Translations under genes and position numbers: made by a program
Assembly: GCF_006345805.1 (NCBI RefSeq)
Contig: NW_021834409.1
Coordinates: forward strand, 1,650-65,649
DNA length: 64,000 bases
Reading direction: 5' to 3'
From: Octopus sinensis
Taxonomy: Eukaryota
Notes under the pieces: model-generated
The model's input: the letters and a program-made list of their open reading frames with translations, nothing else
Told to the model about the DNA's origin: nothing
Databases searched by the model: none
In this document: positions 1-13,850 of the stretch, piece by piece
Layout of the letters: each line of letters starts with the position of its first letter
Numbering within the stretch: position 1 is the first letter of the stretch

Positions 1-639
1 TTAGAGATAATGAAAAAATGTTCCGAAGGGATGACAGGTAAGGTAGGTCTCTCATTTGGCGCGTGAAATGTGTGATTTCCCTGTCAAAGACGTTGCTTTC
101 CAGAACTGAAATCCTCTCGCATAATATGGTCAAAGTTCAAATGGACTATGAAACCACAAAGAAGACACTTATGAAAAGAATGAAAAAATTAAATAACATC
201 AATTGACTTGCGTCAGTAATACGATGATTATTTCAAGGTAAAAGTCAACAAGTTTGGAAAGAAACTCAGAAACATAGAGACTGGAAAAGACTTCATTAAC
301 AAAGATCCCGAAAAGAAACTCGGTACAGATGAAACAGGAAAGGAATCCAGAGAAAGATCAAGAGGTTTAACCTCCTGTCGAAATCGCCGAATGCTTAAAA
401 ACCCAAATAACGTTGCAGAAGTCCGGGTCCTTTAGTCAAAAAATTTCGGTTCGCAGACGAGTCAGCTGGATTCACCGTTTGGAACCTGAGATGCTGCAAC
501 AGGTCCTACTAGTGGGGAGCACACCAGCAACATAGCTCCTATAAAAATCATTGCTGTGAATGAGGGTTGGGGTTAGTGTTACGGTTAGGGTTAGACTACT
601 TAAAGCATAAATACACCAAAGATAACAATGAAATCAACG

Positions 640-1040
640 TAAAAAAATTTAAAGGAAATTCAACTCAAATACTTCCTTGATATAATCGAAACGAAAAGTT
701 TACATTCATCACTTTACAAATGCAACAAAAACAATCATTCCGATATTAAAGAATCCTCTTTGTGGTTGCAGAAAGGCAATATAAGCCCAAGGAGTGAGGG
801 TCTATATTGCTTACTGCAAGATAAAAATCTGTTCTGGTCAGAACGAGATGTAAATTGTCCTTACTATAAACTGGCTAAGAAGTCATTCGACCACCTCGCT
901 ACACGATGCAACAGAATATTGAATTGTGAGTACACAAAGAGACACAATGAAGTCGTAAGATGCTTGCATCTCGACTTATGTCGCCTCCTCGGCACGAAAC
1001 TTTTCCGGTTTAAAGCGTATGGTATTATTGTAATCATAAA
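640..1040 (+). mobile_element. C-terminal remnant of an R4/NeSL-like (RLE-type) non-LTR retrotransposon, zinc-knuckle region
   Basis: ORF 760-1107 reads LYCLLQDKNLF...DHLATRC...YTKRHNEVVRCLHLDLC, clearly homologous to the C-terminus of the longer element at 49280-52560. Confidence 0.75.
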
Positions 1041-1619
1041 CAATATCGGCCAAAATATCCACGAAAGACACTTGCTGAAGATATCCCCCCTTTTATGCTT
1101 TGGTTGAACCTTTAAAAATTAAAGTCAACTGGTAACCTCTCTACTTGACCTATTACGCAATGCTCAATTAAATATTTTTCACAGACTTCGTAGATTAAAG
1201 AATTACAGAATTATTTACCATTGTCTGTTTGGAGGATGATTAGTGGTCCGATATAATAAAAAACATTTTGGAAATGATTAGCTACATTATTACCGCTAAT
1301 TTCAACTTTGATAATTCGACTACATATTTTGAAAAGGAATCAACTATTACAAAAATCTTTAAATTAATAATTTCATCCAAAATACCCAAGAGAATTTATC
1401 GTTAAATTCAGAATATCTGCAAAGATCAATGAGATCTGCGAGACATCTAGCCCTAAGTGCGATGATTAGCGTTATTTCCGGCTTAGTCGCCATTAATTTT
1501 TTAGTCTAGCATTATAGAATTAAAATTTACCTGGCAATAAACACATTAATTAATTACTCCTGCAATTTTATCAGCCACAATACTTTGTCTTTAACTTGTT
1601 GAACAGTCAAGACAAAATT

Positions 1620-1910
1620 CTTGTACTTTTGACTTTGCGGGGCTTCCGCCAAAGCAACGGCCGAGCTGGAAGAATATGCAGATGACAGTATGGCGGATGG
1701 GGACCACGTGTCTAAACACGTGGCATCCCAGATGAGGTAATTGCCATTCCGGAATGGGGAGGTAGTCACCCCATTCGGCCGTTTGCCGTCTCCTCTGTTC
1801 AATCCGGCGGATATTAGCACATTGGGGAAGCCAGCAGCATTGAATGCTTTTGAGATTACGTCGTTGATTGCTCCGTAGCGAGGCTAGCGGCCTGCCCTCC
1901 GGCGGCAGGA
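1620..1910 (-). mobile_element. CRE-like non-LTR retrotransposon, restriction-like endonuclease fragment
   Basis: GLNRGDGKRPNGVT...LIWDATCLDT, matching the KRPDG...WDVTCVD motif of the copies at 43980-44130 and 60500-60600. Confidence 0.85.
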
Positions 1911-2221
1911 GAGGGGACAGATTATTATTTATACATTAAAAAAAATATTTAATTATATTATAATGAAAAATTCGTTTTAGTATACTTAATTTAATTTTAA
2001 CTGCATAATGTATTTTGTTGTTGTTTTAATTTTTTAGTCAAATTATATTTTTTACATTAATAGTTAATATTTGTATTAAAATTGGTTAAATATATTGTTG
2101 AATTACATAATTTCGTATAATATTCGACATTTTGTAATTAATTTGGTGATATTTCGACAATAATTTAATCTTTTCGGTTGAGTTAGTGACGCAACTCTAT
2201 TGCACAAAGTCTTAATCACAT

Positions 2222-5198
2222 ATGAGGCTACAAAGAGATTTTACTTTGCTATCATTCAATGTCAGAGGACTATCTGACCTATCCAAGCGAAAAATCCTAT
2301 GCCGGGATCTGAATGCATATGGTGCAACTATCGGATGCTTTCAAGAAACGAAGGTCAAAGGCGGGCTAGATGAGATACACAACGAGTATCGAATCATTCT
2401 CCTTCCATCAGAATCACGTCATTATGGGCAGGGGTTTGGCATTCATAAGACCTTTTGGAATTCAATTCACAAATACTACCGTGTGTGAACGACCGCATAT
2501 GTGTACTACAACTGAGACAAAAAACTTTGACCAACACGGATCGAATAATCAGCATTATAAATGTCTACGCCCCACAAAGTGGAAGACTGAAGAAGAACGT
2601 GGATGAACTAGACTCTTTCTATCACATGCTATCAAAGACCTACACGAGTATAAAAACATCCTTCCTTATACTAATTGCCGGTGATTGGAATGCTAAGGCA
2701 GGCAAAGGCCGTGGTGAAGAAGTGTTCATGGGCAGACATGGACGGGGGATAAGAAATGCACCAGGTGAAATGCTTGTGAACTTCTGCAGCATATTCAAGC
2801 TACTGCTATGCAATACGGTCTTTCCTCATGCGGCACGTCATAAAACCACGTGGACCGGGACTAGAAGAAACAAAAATGGGGAGTACGTCAACATCTATAA
2901 TCAAATCGATTATATCATCTGTAGACAAGAAGAAAAACATCGATTGCTGGATGCCAGGTCATATGGCGGGGCACTTACACTGAGCGATCACAAAGTCATT
3001 GTGGCACGATTGAGACTGAAAAGAATTTTTGGATCGCCTCTTTCAAAAGAAAATGAATCAAACCGAATTAGATACTCAGTGGAAAAACTGATTACATCAG
3101 ATGTTACCAAGGAAAAATACTCCCAGGCAATCATCGAAAACCTAAAAGTAACAGAAACGGTAAAAGACCCAAACAAAAGCTGGGATATATTAGAAAAACT
3201 TATTCACAAAGCTGCAACGGAAACCATTGAACGACTGCATTCAGAAACCACTCAAACCCATTGAATCCAAATGTTGCCGAAATGGCAACAAAACAAAAAG
3301 CCATCCAACTGAAAATTGAAAACACCAACGACAAGGAGGCAAAGGAAAAACTCAAAAGAGAACGTAGGAAAATATCGAGAACAATCAAGAAGGAAAATCT
3401 TAAATACGTGAAAGCTTTATTAAACTCTCGAATATCAGAAGTTGAAGACTTAAAGGATGGTGCGCAAATGTACGCAGCCATCAGACTACTACGCCGACGA
3501 CAACAGAAAACAAAACTGGTTGTGCACGATGAACATGGGAAAACAATTGGAAACCCAATCGAAATGGTAAATACAATCGCCGACCACTTCGAAATACTAT
3601 TCAATGGCAGGGCCGATGCTCTCGATGAGGGTGAAGAACGTTATCTAAACAACAAAATAACACACCTTGAAGTTTTGAAGGCTATAAAAAAATTAAAAAA
3701 CAACCGTGCGGCGGGTCCAGACAACATCAACGGTGAATTGATAAAGTACTCCCCAATGGAGATCTCAACTATAATCACAAATCTCCTGAACGAGATGTTC
3801 CATGGAAATACCATACCGCCTATTGGGAAAGGAACGCTAATTCCTCTCCAAAAACCCAACAAGCCGCAAGGTCCTCTTAACAACATTCGCCCAATCATAC
3901 TCTTGAACACAATAAGGAAAATCTTTCGCTCGTAACACTGGAACGTATTAAGGACCCTGTTAATGAATATCTGTCGGCTAGCCAAAGTGGATTCAGGCCT
4001 GGGCGATCAACTGCAGATGTAGTATGGGGACATAGATGGATCTGTGCCATATCTCAGAAATTTAAAATGGCGACCACAATATTGGGCATTGATATGAGCA
4101 GGGCATTTGATACAATCCGCAGAGACAAGCTAATGGAGATCCTCAAAACCATTCTTGACAATGACTCGATCAGAATGGTTCGAGCACTACTTATAGACAC
4201 CGAGTTAACGGTGAAGATCGGACCCGTACAATCAAGATCTTTCAAAACAAGCATTGGAACGCCCCAAGGTGATTCAATATCACCTGTACTATTCATTGTC
4301 TATCTTGAAGCGGCACTAAGAGATCTGAGAAAACTAGTGAAGACTACTTCAATAACTGAAGTGATATATGCCGACGATGTAGACTTTTTGTCTCATGATA
4401 AGTCGACACTCGAAGAACTGCTGAACATTGCTCCTCATGCACTGGAAAAATGGTTCTTAAAAGTGAACATAGAAAAAACCGAATATGTAACAATCAACCG
4501 GGAGGCAAATAGAACAGACGAAAAATGGCGAAACTCGAAAAAAGTTGGAACTCTTTTAGGAGATAGTGAAGACATTATGAGGAGAAAGATGCTATCGACT
4601 GTTGCACTTAACAAACTGCGGACCACTTGGCTACGAAACCGCGAGGTTGGAACGGCCTTACGTGCCAAATTATACAATGCTTTTATTAAACCCATACTTT
4701 TGTACAACGGAGGAACATGGGGAATATCTGAGTCTGAATCAAAATCTCTTGATGCATTCCATAGAAGACAGTTAAGAATTCTTATTGGCATCAACTGGCC
4801 AAAGAAAATCAAGAACTCCACCCTATACAATATCTGCAACAGCAGACCCGTCAGTGTGGACATTACCGAAGCACGTTGGCGCCTATTGGGCCACATTCTA
4901 AGACTCGACCAGGATGTCTATGCTAACTGGGCAATGGAATCATATTACGCAAAGGACGAAAGATCTGCGTCCCGAGGACGCCCACGAAATACATTACCTA
5001 TTGTAATCTCAAAAGAACTACAACGCGTTAAAAGACAACTGAAAAATGGAGACGACCTAGATACTCTCAGGAGTATAGCATACAACCGCACATCATGGAA
5101 AATTATGACCGAAAAGATAGTCTCATATGTGGCACATGTGGGAACTTAATTAGTTTAAATACATTATGTTCCTATGACAGTGCTAATAATAATAATAA
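2222..5198 (+). mobile_element. Near-complete RTE-like LINE (AP endonuclease + reverse transcriptase), frameshifted
   Basis: APE motifs LLSFNVRGL, FQETK, IAGDWNAK, QIDYI and SDH; RT motifs GTPQGDSISP and YADD. Frame breaks near 2470, 3262 and 3930. (TAA)5 tail at 5184-5198. Confidence 0.9.
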
Positions 5199-5548
5199 TT
5201 TAATCTTTTTGTCATCTTAACCATTTAATACTTTTTGGATATTATTTTTATTTCATTTAAATCATTCAAATTATCGCTATCTCAACATAAATCAAACATT
5301 TTTATATTTCGGATTCCCTTACTACAGACGACGTAGCGTATTATGAGCTTCTTATTTATTCTGTTATATTTTTGAAATTATTAAATAATTAGTATGTACC
5401 TTAATTCATGTGAATTGAATGGGGACAATCGAAGATTTCTAATAAATATTTACGTTCAAATTCTTGCTACAAATTACTTATTCTATTATTGGGTAAATTC
5501 TATTATTTGCCGATTTTTGAAATAAAAAGTTTTATTTCAGATAATGTA

Positions 5549-7066
5549 CAGTACCGCTCAAATGTTCGGACCACCCTATTTTTCTCAATTTCCAAGTCAA
5601 TCCTAAATTATTTTATACGGTTCTTTAGAGAAACTTATTAGATAAGCTTAAACACATTTATTCTATTTTAAAAACTTGGACAGATATTCATGTTTGGCGC
5701 AATTTTAAAATTATCGATTTTATACTCGATCATATGTTCCGGACCAGTTTAAAAAAAACCGAAAATTTATTAAACTTATAAAAAGTTAATAATTAATATT
5801 TCCTCCGTTGTTCGTTATAACAGCATTTATTCGCTCTGGAAGTGAATTGTATAATTTTTCAATGTACGAATTATCAATCTCGTACCAAATTTTTTTGGTC
5901 AAATTCCAGAGCTCTGGAAGATCTTTTGGTTCCAGATCATAAAGTTTTTGTTTTAGTACCGACCACATATTTTCAATAATATTCAGTTCGGGTGACTGGC
6001 TCGGCCAAGTTTCTAAGATTTTTATTTGTTTCCTTTGAAAAAAATTCATTGTCGACATGGACCGATGGGAAGGAGCGCCGTCTTGCTGGAGATACATGGT
6101 CTCATCATAAAAATTTTCGAGTCCAACATTTATAATTCTCTGATACTCTGCGGAATCAACATTTTTAATGCATAAGACAATGTTTCTCCATCCATTTGCA
6201 GCAATAGCTCCCCAGACCATAATGCTAGGAGAAAATTTTCGTGTTTTTAAACAATATTTTGAGTCAAATCTAGAGTTTGGTGGCCTTCTAACATAATTTT
6301 TTGTGTTTGAATGCAAATTTATTTTGCATTCATCACTAAAAATAATTTTACCCCAATCATTTTGGCTCCAAGTTAATTTCTCAATGCACCAATTTTTTCT
6401 AGCCTTTTTATGGCATATGGAAAGACTTGGTTTTGGGCATTGCTTTCGCCCATTCAAATTATTTCTTTGTAGGCATCTTTTAATTGTATTTGTGCTTACA
6501 ATAGAATTTAATTCATATCAAATTTAATTTGATTTGCCGTTTTTGTGGGGTCTGCTTTCGAAATTCTCACTAATTTGCGTTCAGATCTTGGGGATAACAA
6601 TCTCGGTCGACCAGATTTGGGTCTGTCGGAATATAGTCCAACGGATGAATATCTGGAAATTGTTCTTTGAACAGCAGTTTTGGATATTTTTAATTTTTCG
6701 GCAATTTCTCTTTGTGAAGCTCCATCTTTAAAAAAAGTGATGATAGCGACCCGATCAACCAGTGAAACACGCGGCATTTGTTATTTATTAGTCTTTTGTT
6801 TTTAATTGAATCAAAAATTATTTAAATTTAAAGAGATTTAACTGGTTCGAAACATATGATTGCAACTGGTCCGGAACATATGATCGAGTCAAAAATCAAT
6901 TATATTCAATTGGCGCCAAACAAAAATATTTAAAGAAAATTTTAGAATAGAATAAATGTATTTAAGCTTATCTAATAAGTTTCTCTAAAGAACCGTATAA
7001 AAATAATTTAGGATTGACTTGGAAATTGAGAAAAATAGGGTGGTCCGAAACATTTGAGCGGTACTG
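5549..7066 (-). mobile_element. Full-length Tc1-type transposon with ~200-bp IR/DR terminal inverted repeats
   Basis: Both ends read CAGTACCGCTCAAATGTT..., flanked by TA at 5547-5548 and 7067-7068. Transposase 6777-5786 has an HTH and FSDE/QQDGAPSH/SPELNIIENMW, with one 1-nt frameshift near 6510. Confidence 0.95.
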
Positions 7067-7699
7067 TATAACTCAAAACAAGAGATATTAATAGTTATTC
7101 CTTTTTCGTCATTTGTGGTGCTTTATTCCATCAACACCACTCTTAGGCTGACGTCAGTGCACGGATATGCAGATTCATGTCAACGCGCAGTCTTTAGCAT
7201 TTTTACGTCAATTATGAACTTGAAATTTGTCAACTACAAACTTCTAAGTGCAATTGAAAATTTCAAATTTACAATTTTGAAATTAAAGTTTGCATCTTAT
7301 CAAAATTTTGTATATAATAATTGTAATCATATTATGGGAAACAGAACAAATCTTATTTGTTAAATCATAAAGGTCCTCACCACGAGTAACTCGGGGATCA
7401 TACCTTTCAACCCGGTTAACAAATCGCATTAATATTTGTGGTGTGAAAACCTTTTTTGAGTCTCCTGCAATTTGTTCCAATATTCTTAGCCTATATTCTG
7501 AAATTGGAATAATTTCTAATGAAATTAAATAATCTAAATTCTGACGATGAATGTCAATAAGAATTAATAGAACTAAAAACCACGAAAAACTCAAAATAAA
7601 ATTTGAAATGTCCAATAAAATTAATTTGTACAGGGATTATGGCTTCAACCGACAAAATCCAAACTGTACAGGCAGTTCTTCCTTTCATTTTAAAGCCAA

Positions 7700-9019
7700 A
7701 CTACTGAGGGCGTCGTTATTTCGATCTTCAATTCACAAATTTTTCAAAATTCGTGAAATAATATTTCGCTGCTTTAACCCAACTTCCTCATCTGCATAAA
7801 TTAAAAAAAAGAATACCTAGTTATTACGACATCAGGTGGGTATCCAACATCCTTGAACAAATTACGACATTTTCGGTTTTTTACTGTGGCAGCTTTAATG
7901 CTTGCAATTAAGCCATCTATTTCCGGATATGCAGACTTTATACGTAAAACCGTATTGTGTAACAAATGAGAAACATAAGTCAAATGATGCATGTAGTTAT
8001 ACATGACCATTAAAGTTTTATCGCCTATTTATTTAGATACTTTTATATCACTAGAAATCATATAAGGAGCGGCATTGAGATTAACAGATAAAAATTGTCA
8101 CGAATAATCTTCATTTCTCTAATGACGTCATCTATTATTTGGCAGATGATAGCAGCATTGGCATGATTTTCCAGTGGTATGCATTCAACCAAATAGGATT
8201 TTGTTGGAAAGCGAATGCTTCCAATTAGAATCACTACAAAACTTTTCCTTCGGATATCTGTTTCATCAATTATTATAAAAATCTTTTCGTTTCTAAAAGT
8301 TAAAAAATAAACTTTAATACGTTAATCATTTTCCAACTCATTTATCTTTTTTGTGCAAGAAATTTAACCGTAGTTCTGCATGAAAATTCGGACGGAGTGT
8401 TAATGTTAAATGTTTTAAACATTTTTTTGATCGAATCATTTTTTATTTGTATAGCGGGATGTTTGCTTATACAAAAGCTTCCGTGATCGTTTCTTTAACC
8501 GAATCTACTTTGATTGATTCAGTTAATGTTGTTTGAACTGATTCACATGAATGACCTACAATTGTATTACATTTATACGCATATTGTTCTGATGTTTTAA
8601 AGAAGAACGATGAGAATTGACTGAAAATTTTTTTGCACAGTTGACTTTGGATAAACAAAGAGAACAGAATAAAAGGCCATCTTTAGCAATACAGAACTCA
8701 TCTTTGAATTCTGAGACTATACGCTTGGCTTTCTTAAGCAACGAACACTTGGGTTTTGGCATCACTCAAAATACTAAATAGCGTGCTAATTATTTTATTT
8801 AAATTAATTATTATCAATTTATGGGTGGCATTAAAAAAAATTTAAATGCAATTTAAATTAGCATTAAAAAAAATTAGCAGTTAAAATTAAAAATAGCATT
8901 TATAGCATTTATAATGTATGTTTTTTTTAACAAAATTAAAAAATAATTATTCCAAATTCAATTTTATATTAAATAAATATAAAAAGTAAAAATAGCATTT
9001 TAGCACTTAAATTGCCCTA
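7700..9019 (-). mobile_element. Decayed hAT-like transposase with N-terminal CGGBP1/BED-like zinc finger
   Basis: FCSLCLSKVNCAKKFSVNSHRSSLKH; IIIDETD; SHLLHN...IASIKAATVKN...PPDVVITR|*GSWVKAA. End begins TAGGGC at 9019. Predicted introns at 8293-8320 and 7792-7816. Confidence 0.7.
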
Positions 9020-9499
9020 GATATTAAGAAATGACACAAATATTAACATTCTTTCTTCTACCACTAATATTCAATTGTGTAATTAATTTAGCCATTTCCG
9101 TTATTAAATTCTTTGTCCGTCAATTCGATTTTTTCCAAAGTACAATTTTTTGCCTAAATTTTTATTCAAACCTTCCTACGCATTAAGTTAGCGACTTGGT
9201 CCAAGATACCCGAACATAGTGTATTCCAAAGGAACTTCATCATCAGTATTTAAAACCACCAGAGGACCAAGGCTATGTGCCGACTGAGTAATTCTTATAT
9301 TATTTATACAAGCTTGCAATGAGTCAAATGTGGGGACAACGTGATATGCTGAGATATCAGGAAATGACACAAATATGACCATTCTTTGTGTATTATTAAT
9401 ATTCATCATCCTAATTAATTAAAATATTTATATTCTCAACTAAGAAATTATCTCCCGAATAGTGAGGTGTTCCTTCGAGGCGAGTGATCTCGTCAGTAA

Positions 9500-10695
<1,196 letters not shown>

Positions 10696-10859
10696 ACACT
10701 GATGAAAATATTTTGCCTTCTCCATAAAAATTCTATAAATGTATTAGGAGTATTTAATACCTGCAAAATATGCACCCATGAAGTGACGTCCCCCTTTGTC
10801 TCTTATTGCGCCATTTTGCGCACCCCCACATTCTATATTTTCATAATTATTATCTGAAC

Positions 10860-11686
10860 CTCTCAACATTCTGTGCACCTGTGCTCGGATCTACAAAATT
10901 TCGTCTGCAAATTTATAAACGAATTATGGCCAACTGTAAGGTGCACATAAGCAAGAGAATTGAGATCTGGCGTTGAATAACCTATCAGCAAGAATAAAGT
11001 AGAATTACCCTTCCATTTGTCAGTGTGTATCACTGATCCCGGTGCGATATTTTCCTGTATTGCAGCGGTTAGAGTTCTTTTGGAGCGATCTGGAACCATC
11101 TTGATGAAACAGTCTTTACTTCCACGACAGATTCCCCCAAACACCCATTGTTGAGGGAGAATCTGCATTGTTTTTCCGTTTAGAAAACATGCATTCGTCA
11201 ACTTGGACAACTTTGCCAATACCACCTAACAATCTAACACTAATACCAATCAGTGTGTTCGGACGATTTGCTAAATAATATGCGCAAACCTGGGAGTGAG
11301 ACCAAGTACGAATTGTATGGCTGCTCCATTCCAGTTGACGCCGACACCATAAAATACTGTGTCTGTCGAAACTCCACATGTACATAAAGCGAATACATGA
11401 CTGTAAGGTTACTGTCGTGCCTTCGAGCCACGTACCTAAAAATAAAGTACTCTCTTATACCGTTTCTAATAGAACTATATGTTCGACACCCACTTTTATA
11501 GCACACCCATGTTGTATTCTCCTGCTGTTGAAGAAGGGTCATAAAATGTCTGTTTTGACATTTTTTTTCTTTGGGAAAGATTCCAACCTCTGGAAGGAAG
11601 GCAACTGACTCCATTTCTGTACGGGGAAGTTTATAATCCTTCAGTTTTCCAAATTTTCGCATGACAACTGTATCATTCATCTCCAC
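10860..11686 (-). mobile_element. Merlin (IS1595/ISXO2-like) transposase, decayed, intron-containing
   Basis: SIRNG|TWLEGT, LIG|GIGKVVQVDEC, QQWVFGGICR, VPDRSKRTL, IHTDKWKG|Y, NFVDPSTG. Introns at 11436-11460, 11226-11246 and 10982-11008. Confidence 0.85.
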
Positions 11687-11810
11687 AAGCCGGTAAAAAA
11701 TTCAAATTTTTTAAAAAAAAATTAGAATAAAATTTACATAATCGGCATAGTTCAATTTTTTAAATTTTCGATCTAATATTCATAAAAATTTTCATTAATT
11801 CATTTAGAGG

Positions 11811-12585
11811 CTATTTTCGTGCAGGATGAAATGCAACAGTACCAAATGAACATTTGCATTCGTCGCTGAATATAAAGTGATTCCAATAAGTAGATGGTAG
11901 CATATTCCATCTTTGACAGATTTCCATTCTTCGTTCTTTGTGTTTTTTAGTAAGATGTGGTCTTTTAGTAGGCGGAAATGCTTTGAAACCTCTTTGTTTT
12001 AGTGTATTTCTGATTGTTTCAGGTGTTACATTTTTCCCATTTTCTTCTTTCAGTGCCTTCGCATATTTTACGCAATTAAAATTTGGATCTTCAATCCTTT
12101 CCTTATTAATTTTTTTAAAATCTTCTTCATTTAGGAGCCGGGGACAACCAGAACCATATTTTCTTGTGCATGGAATATTTTGTTTATATTTTCGAATTGT
12201 TTTCGATATGGTATCAAGTGATCTTTTAGTTATACGTTGTATTTCGCGATACGTCTTTCCGCATTTGTAAATACCTATAATTGTTCCCTTTTCTTCAAAA
12301 CTCAATTGTCTGGCCATAATAAGTTATTATAGCGTGCAAAATATTAATAATTTGTAAAAAAATCATATATTTAATAACATTTACAAATAAAAAATTTTGT
12401 TCGTTTTTTATTTTGGTTCAGATTATACTTTTGCCGTAAAAAGGCGGTAAATATATTTTTTTGCACAAATAAAAATATTAGTTATTGTTTATATATTGTT
12501 AAAATTCTATTTAGATATTTTTTTTGATTCGTTTCTTGGAAATTTTAGGAAAAATGTAGTGTTCGTTTTTTATTTTGGTTTACTG
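11811..12585 (-). mobile_element. 5' half of a Tc1 transposon (HTH domain to FSDE) with left TIR
   Basis: ORF 12317-11811 reads MARQLSFEEKG...FIFSDECK. TIR CAGTAAACCAAAATAAAAAACGAAC starts at 12585 next to TA, with an inner direct repeat near 12400-12420. Confidence 0.85.
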
Positions 12586-12587
12586 TA

Positions 12588-13360
12588 TACTTGAATTTAT
12601 TACGGAGGATCCGAAATTAATAGAAATTATTATGGAGAAAGCAAGAACAATTTTCGATAAATGGTCACTCAAAGTCAACGAAGAGAAAACCGAAATAATT
12701 ACCATCGAACGTATGCCAACTCGCATAGATGAGAAGTGGCGAAACGTCCGAAAACTCGGATCTCTTCTTGGCGATTCCGAAGATATTACCAGACAAAAAA
12801 TATTATCAACAATTGCACTTAAAAAACTTCAATCTATCTGAATGAGAAAAAATCAAATTTCGACTAAGATGCGCCTACGATTATATGATGCATTTGTCCG
12901 ACCTGTCCTCATGTACAACGCAGGTACTTGGGGAACATCAAAGAAAAACATGCAGCAACCTGACTCTTTCCACAGGGGTCAACTGAGAAAACTCCTCGGC
13001 TATTCGTGGCCGAAGAAAACATCAAATGATAAATTATACAGGTTAGCTAACTGTGGGCCCATAAGTCTAAATATACTTGAAACCCGCTGGCGCCTGTTTG
13101 GACATATTTTACGAATGAAGAAAGAAACACCTTGCAATATGGCCATGGAAGAATTTTTCGGCCATACTGAATACTCTAAATATAGAGGACGTCCAAGAGA
13201 CTGTTTTCCGGGAATACTTACGAAGGAATATGCTACGATCGGAGGCCGATTGAAGGATGCAGACGATCTGGACGAAATCGGAAAGAGAACAAGACGACGG
13301 AAAGGATGAAAAGGGCTAACGACAAAAATAGTTAAAAACATGGCACAAGCGAAACCATAA
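12588..13360 (+). mobile_element. 5'-truncated RTE-like LINE, RT C-terminal half
   Basis: KWSLKVNEEKTE, KLGSLLGDSEDI, LMYNAGTWG, RWRLFGHILR, RGRPR; paralogous to 4067-5149. Confidence 0.85.
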
Positions 13361-13569
13361 ACTTTGTTTACTGGCAACGCGAACGTGCATTAACTTAACT
13401 TTACCATCAATTTCTACTACCAAATACATTTTCAATAAATTACAGTTAAAAAACACTCTTTTTCGAAAAACAACAAAAAAGTCTCATTTCAAAGACAATC
13501 CTCAAAGAAGTCTGAACTACTAAAAGTAAAATATTTTGCCCAAGTCTGTTCTTTGTTGAGTTGATTAAT

Positions 13570-13850
13570 AGATTGGGGGACTTCAACTTCAATCCGCTGT
13601 CCGTCGAAAACTTGGATGAGAACCCTATCACGGCCGGGTCAGTTCTGATTCCATTCCGAAGAGGTCTCGTGGTGCTGTGGGACGTGGCCAGGAGTGTTGT
13701 AATGAGCCATTTCAGTACCTACAGGGTGAGGACGTGTCTATGGGTTTGCAGGAGTACCCCAACTGGCACTTTGAAGGGACGAAATGCCCCTGTGGACACG
13801 TGGATAGGACAATCCCTTTTTGTGATGTGGAGATATCGGAAAGACTGGAT
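13570..13850 (+). pseudogene. Lethal giant larvae/tomosyn-like WD40 gene fragment
   Basis: LDENP..GSVLIPFRRGLVVLWDV...Y|EYPNWHFEG..CGHVD resembles the LLGL/STXBP5 WD40 segment. 26-nt GT-AG intron at 13726-13751. No start or end found. Confidence 0.5.

Noticed and set aside
562-597. Telomere-like GGGTTGGGGTTAG...GGTTAGGGTTAG
   Set aside because: Only about two clean TTAGGG-like units; too short to call a telomeric or interstitial telomeric array.
2988-4896. Antisense ORFs over the RTE, and similar ones over Tc1, CRE and IMPDH
   Set aside because: They are shadows of the coding strand with no recognisable motifs.
7780-7795. TGA read as Trp (alternative genetic code) in the hAT motif R*GSW
   Set aside because: Single case in a decayed element, explained by TGG-to-TGA mutation; intact host genes use TGG for Trp and show no in-frame TGA.
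10860-11686. Bacterial IS1595 or bacterial contamination
   Set aside because: The transposase needs GT-AG introns removed to read correctly, so it is a eukaryotic Merlin; no operons or other bacterial features occur in the window.
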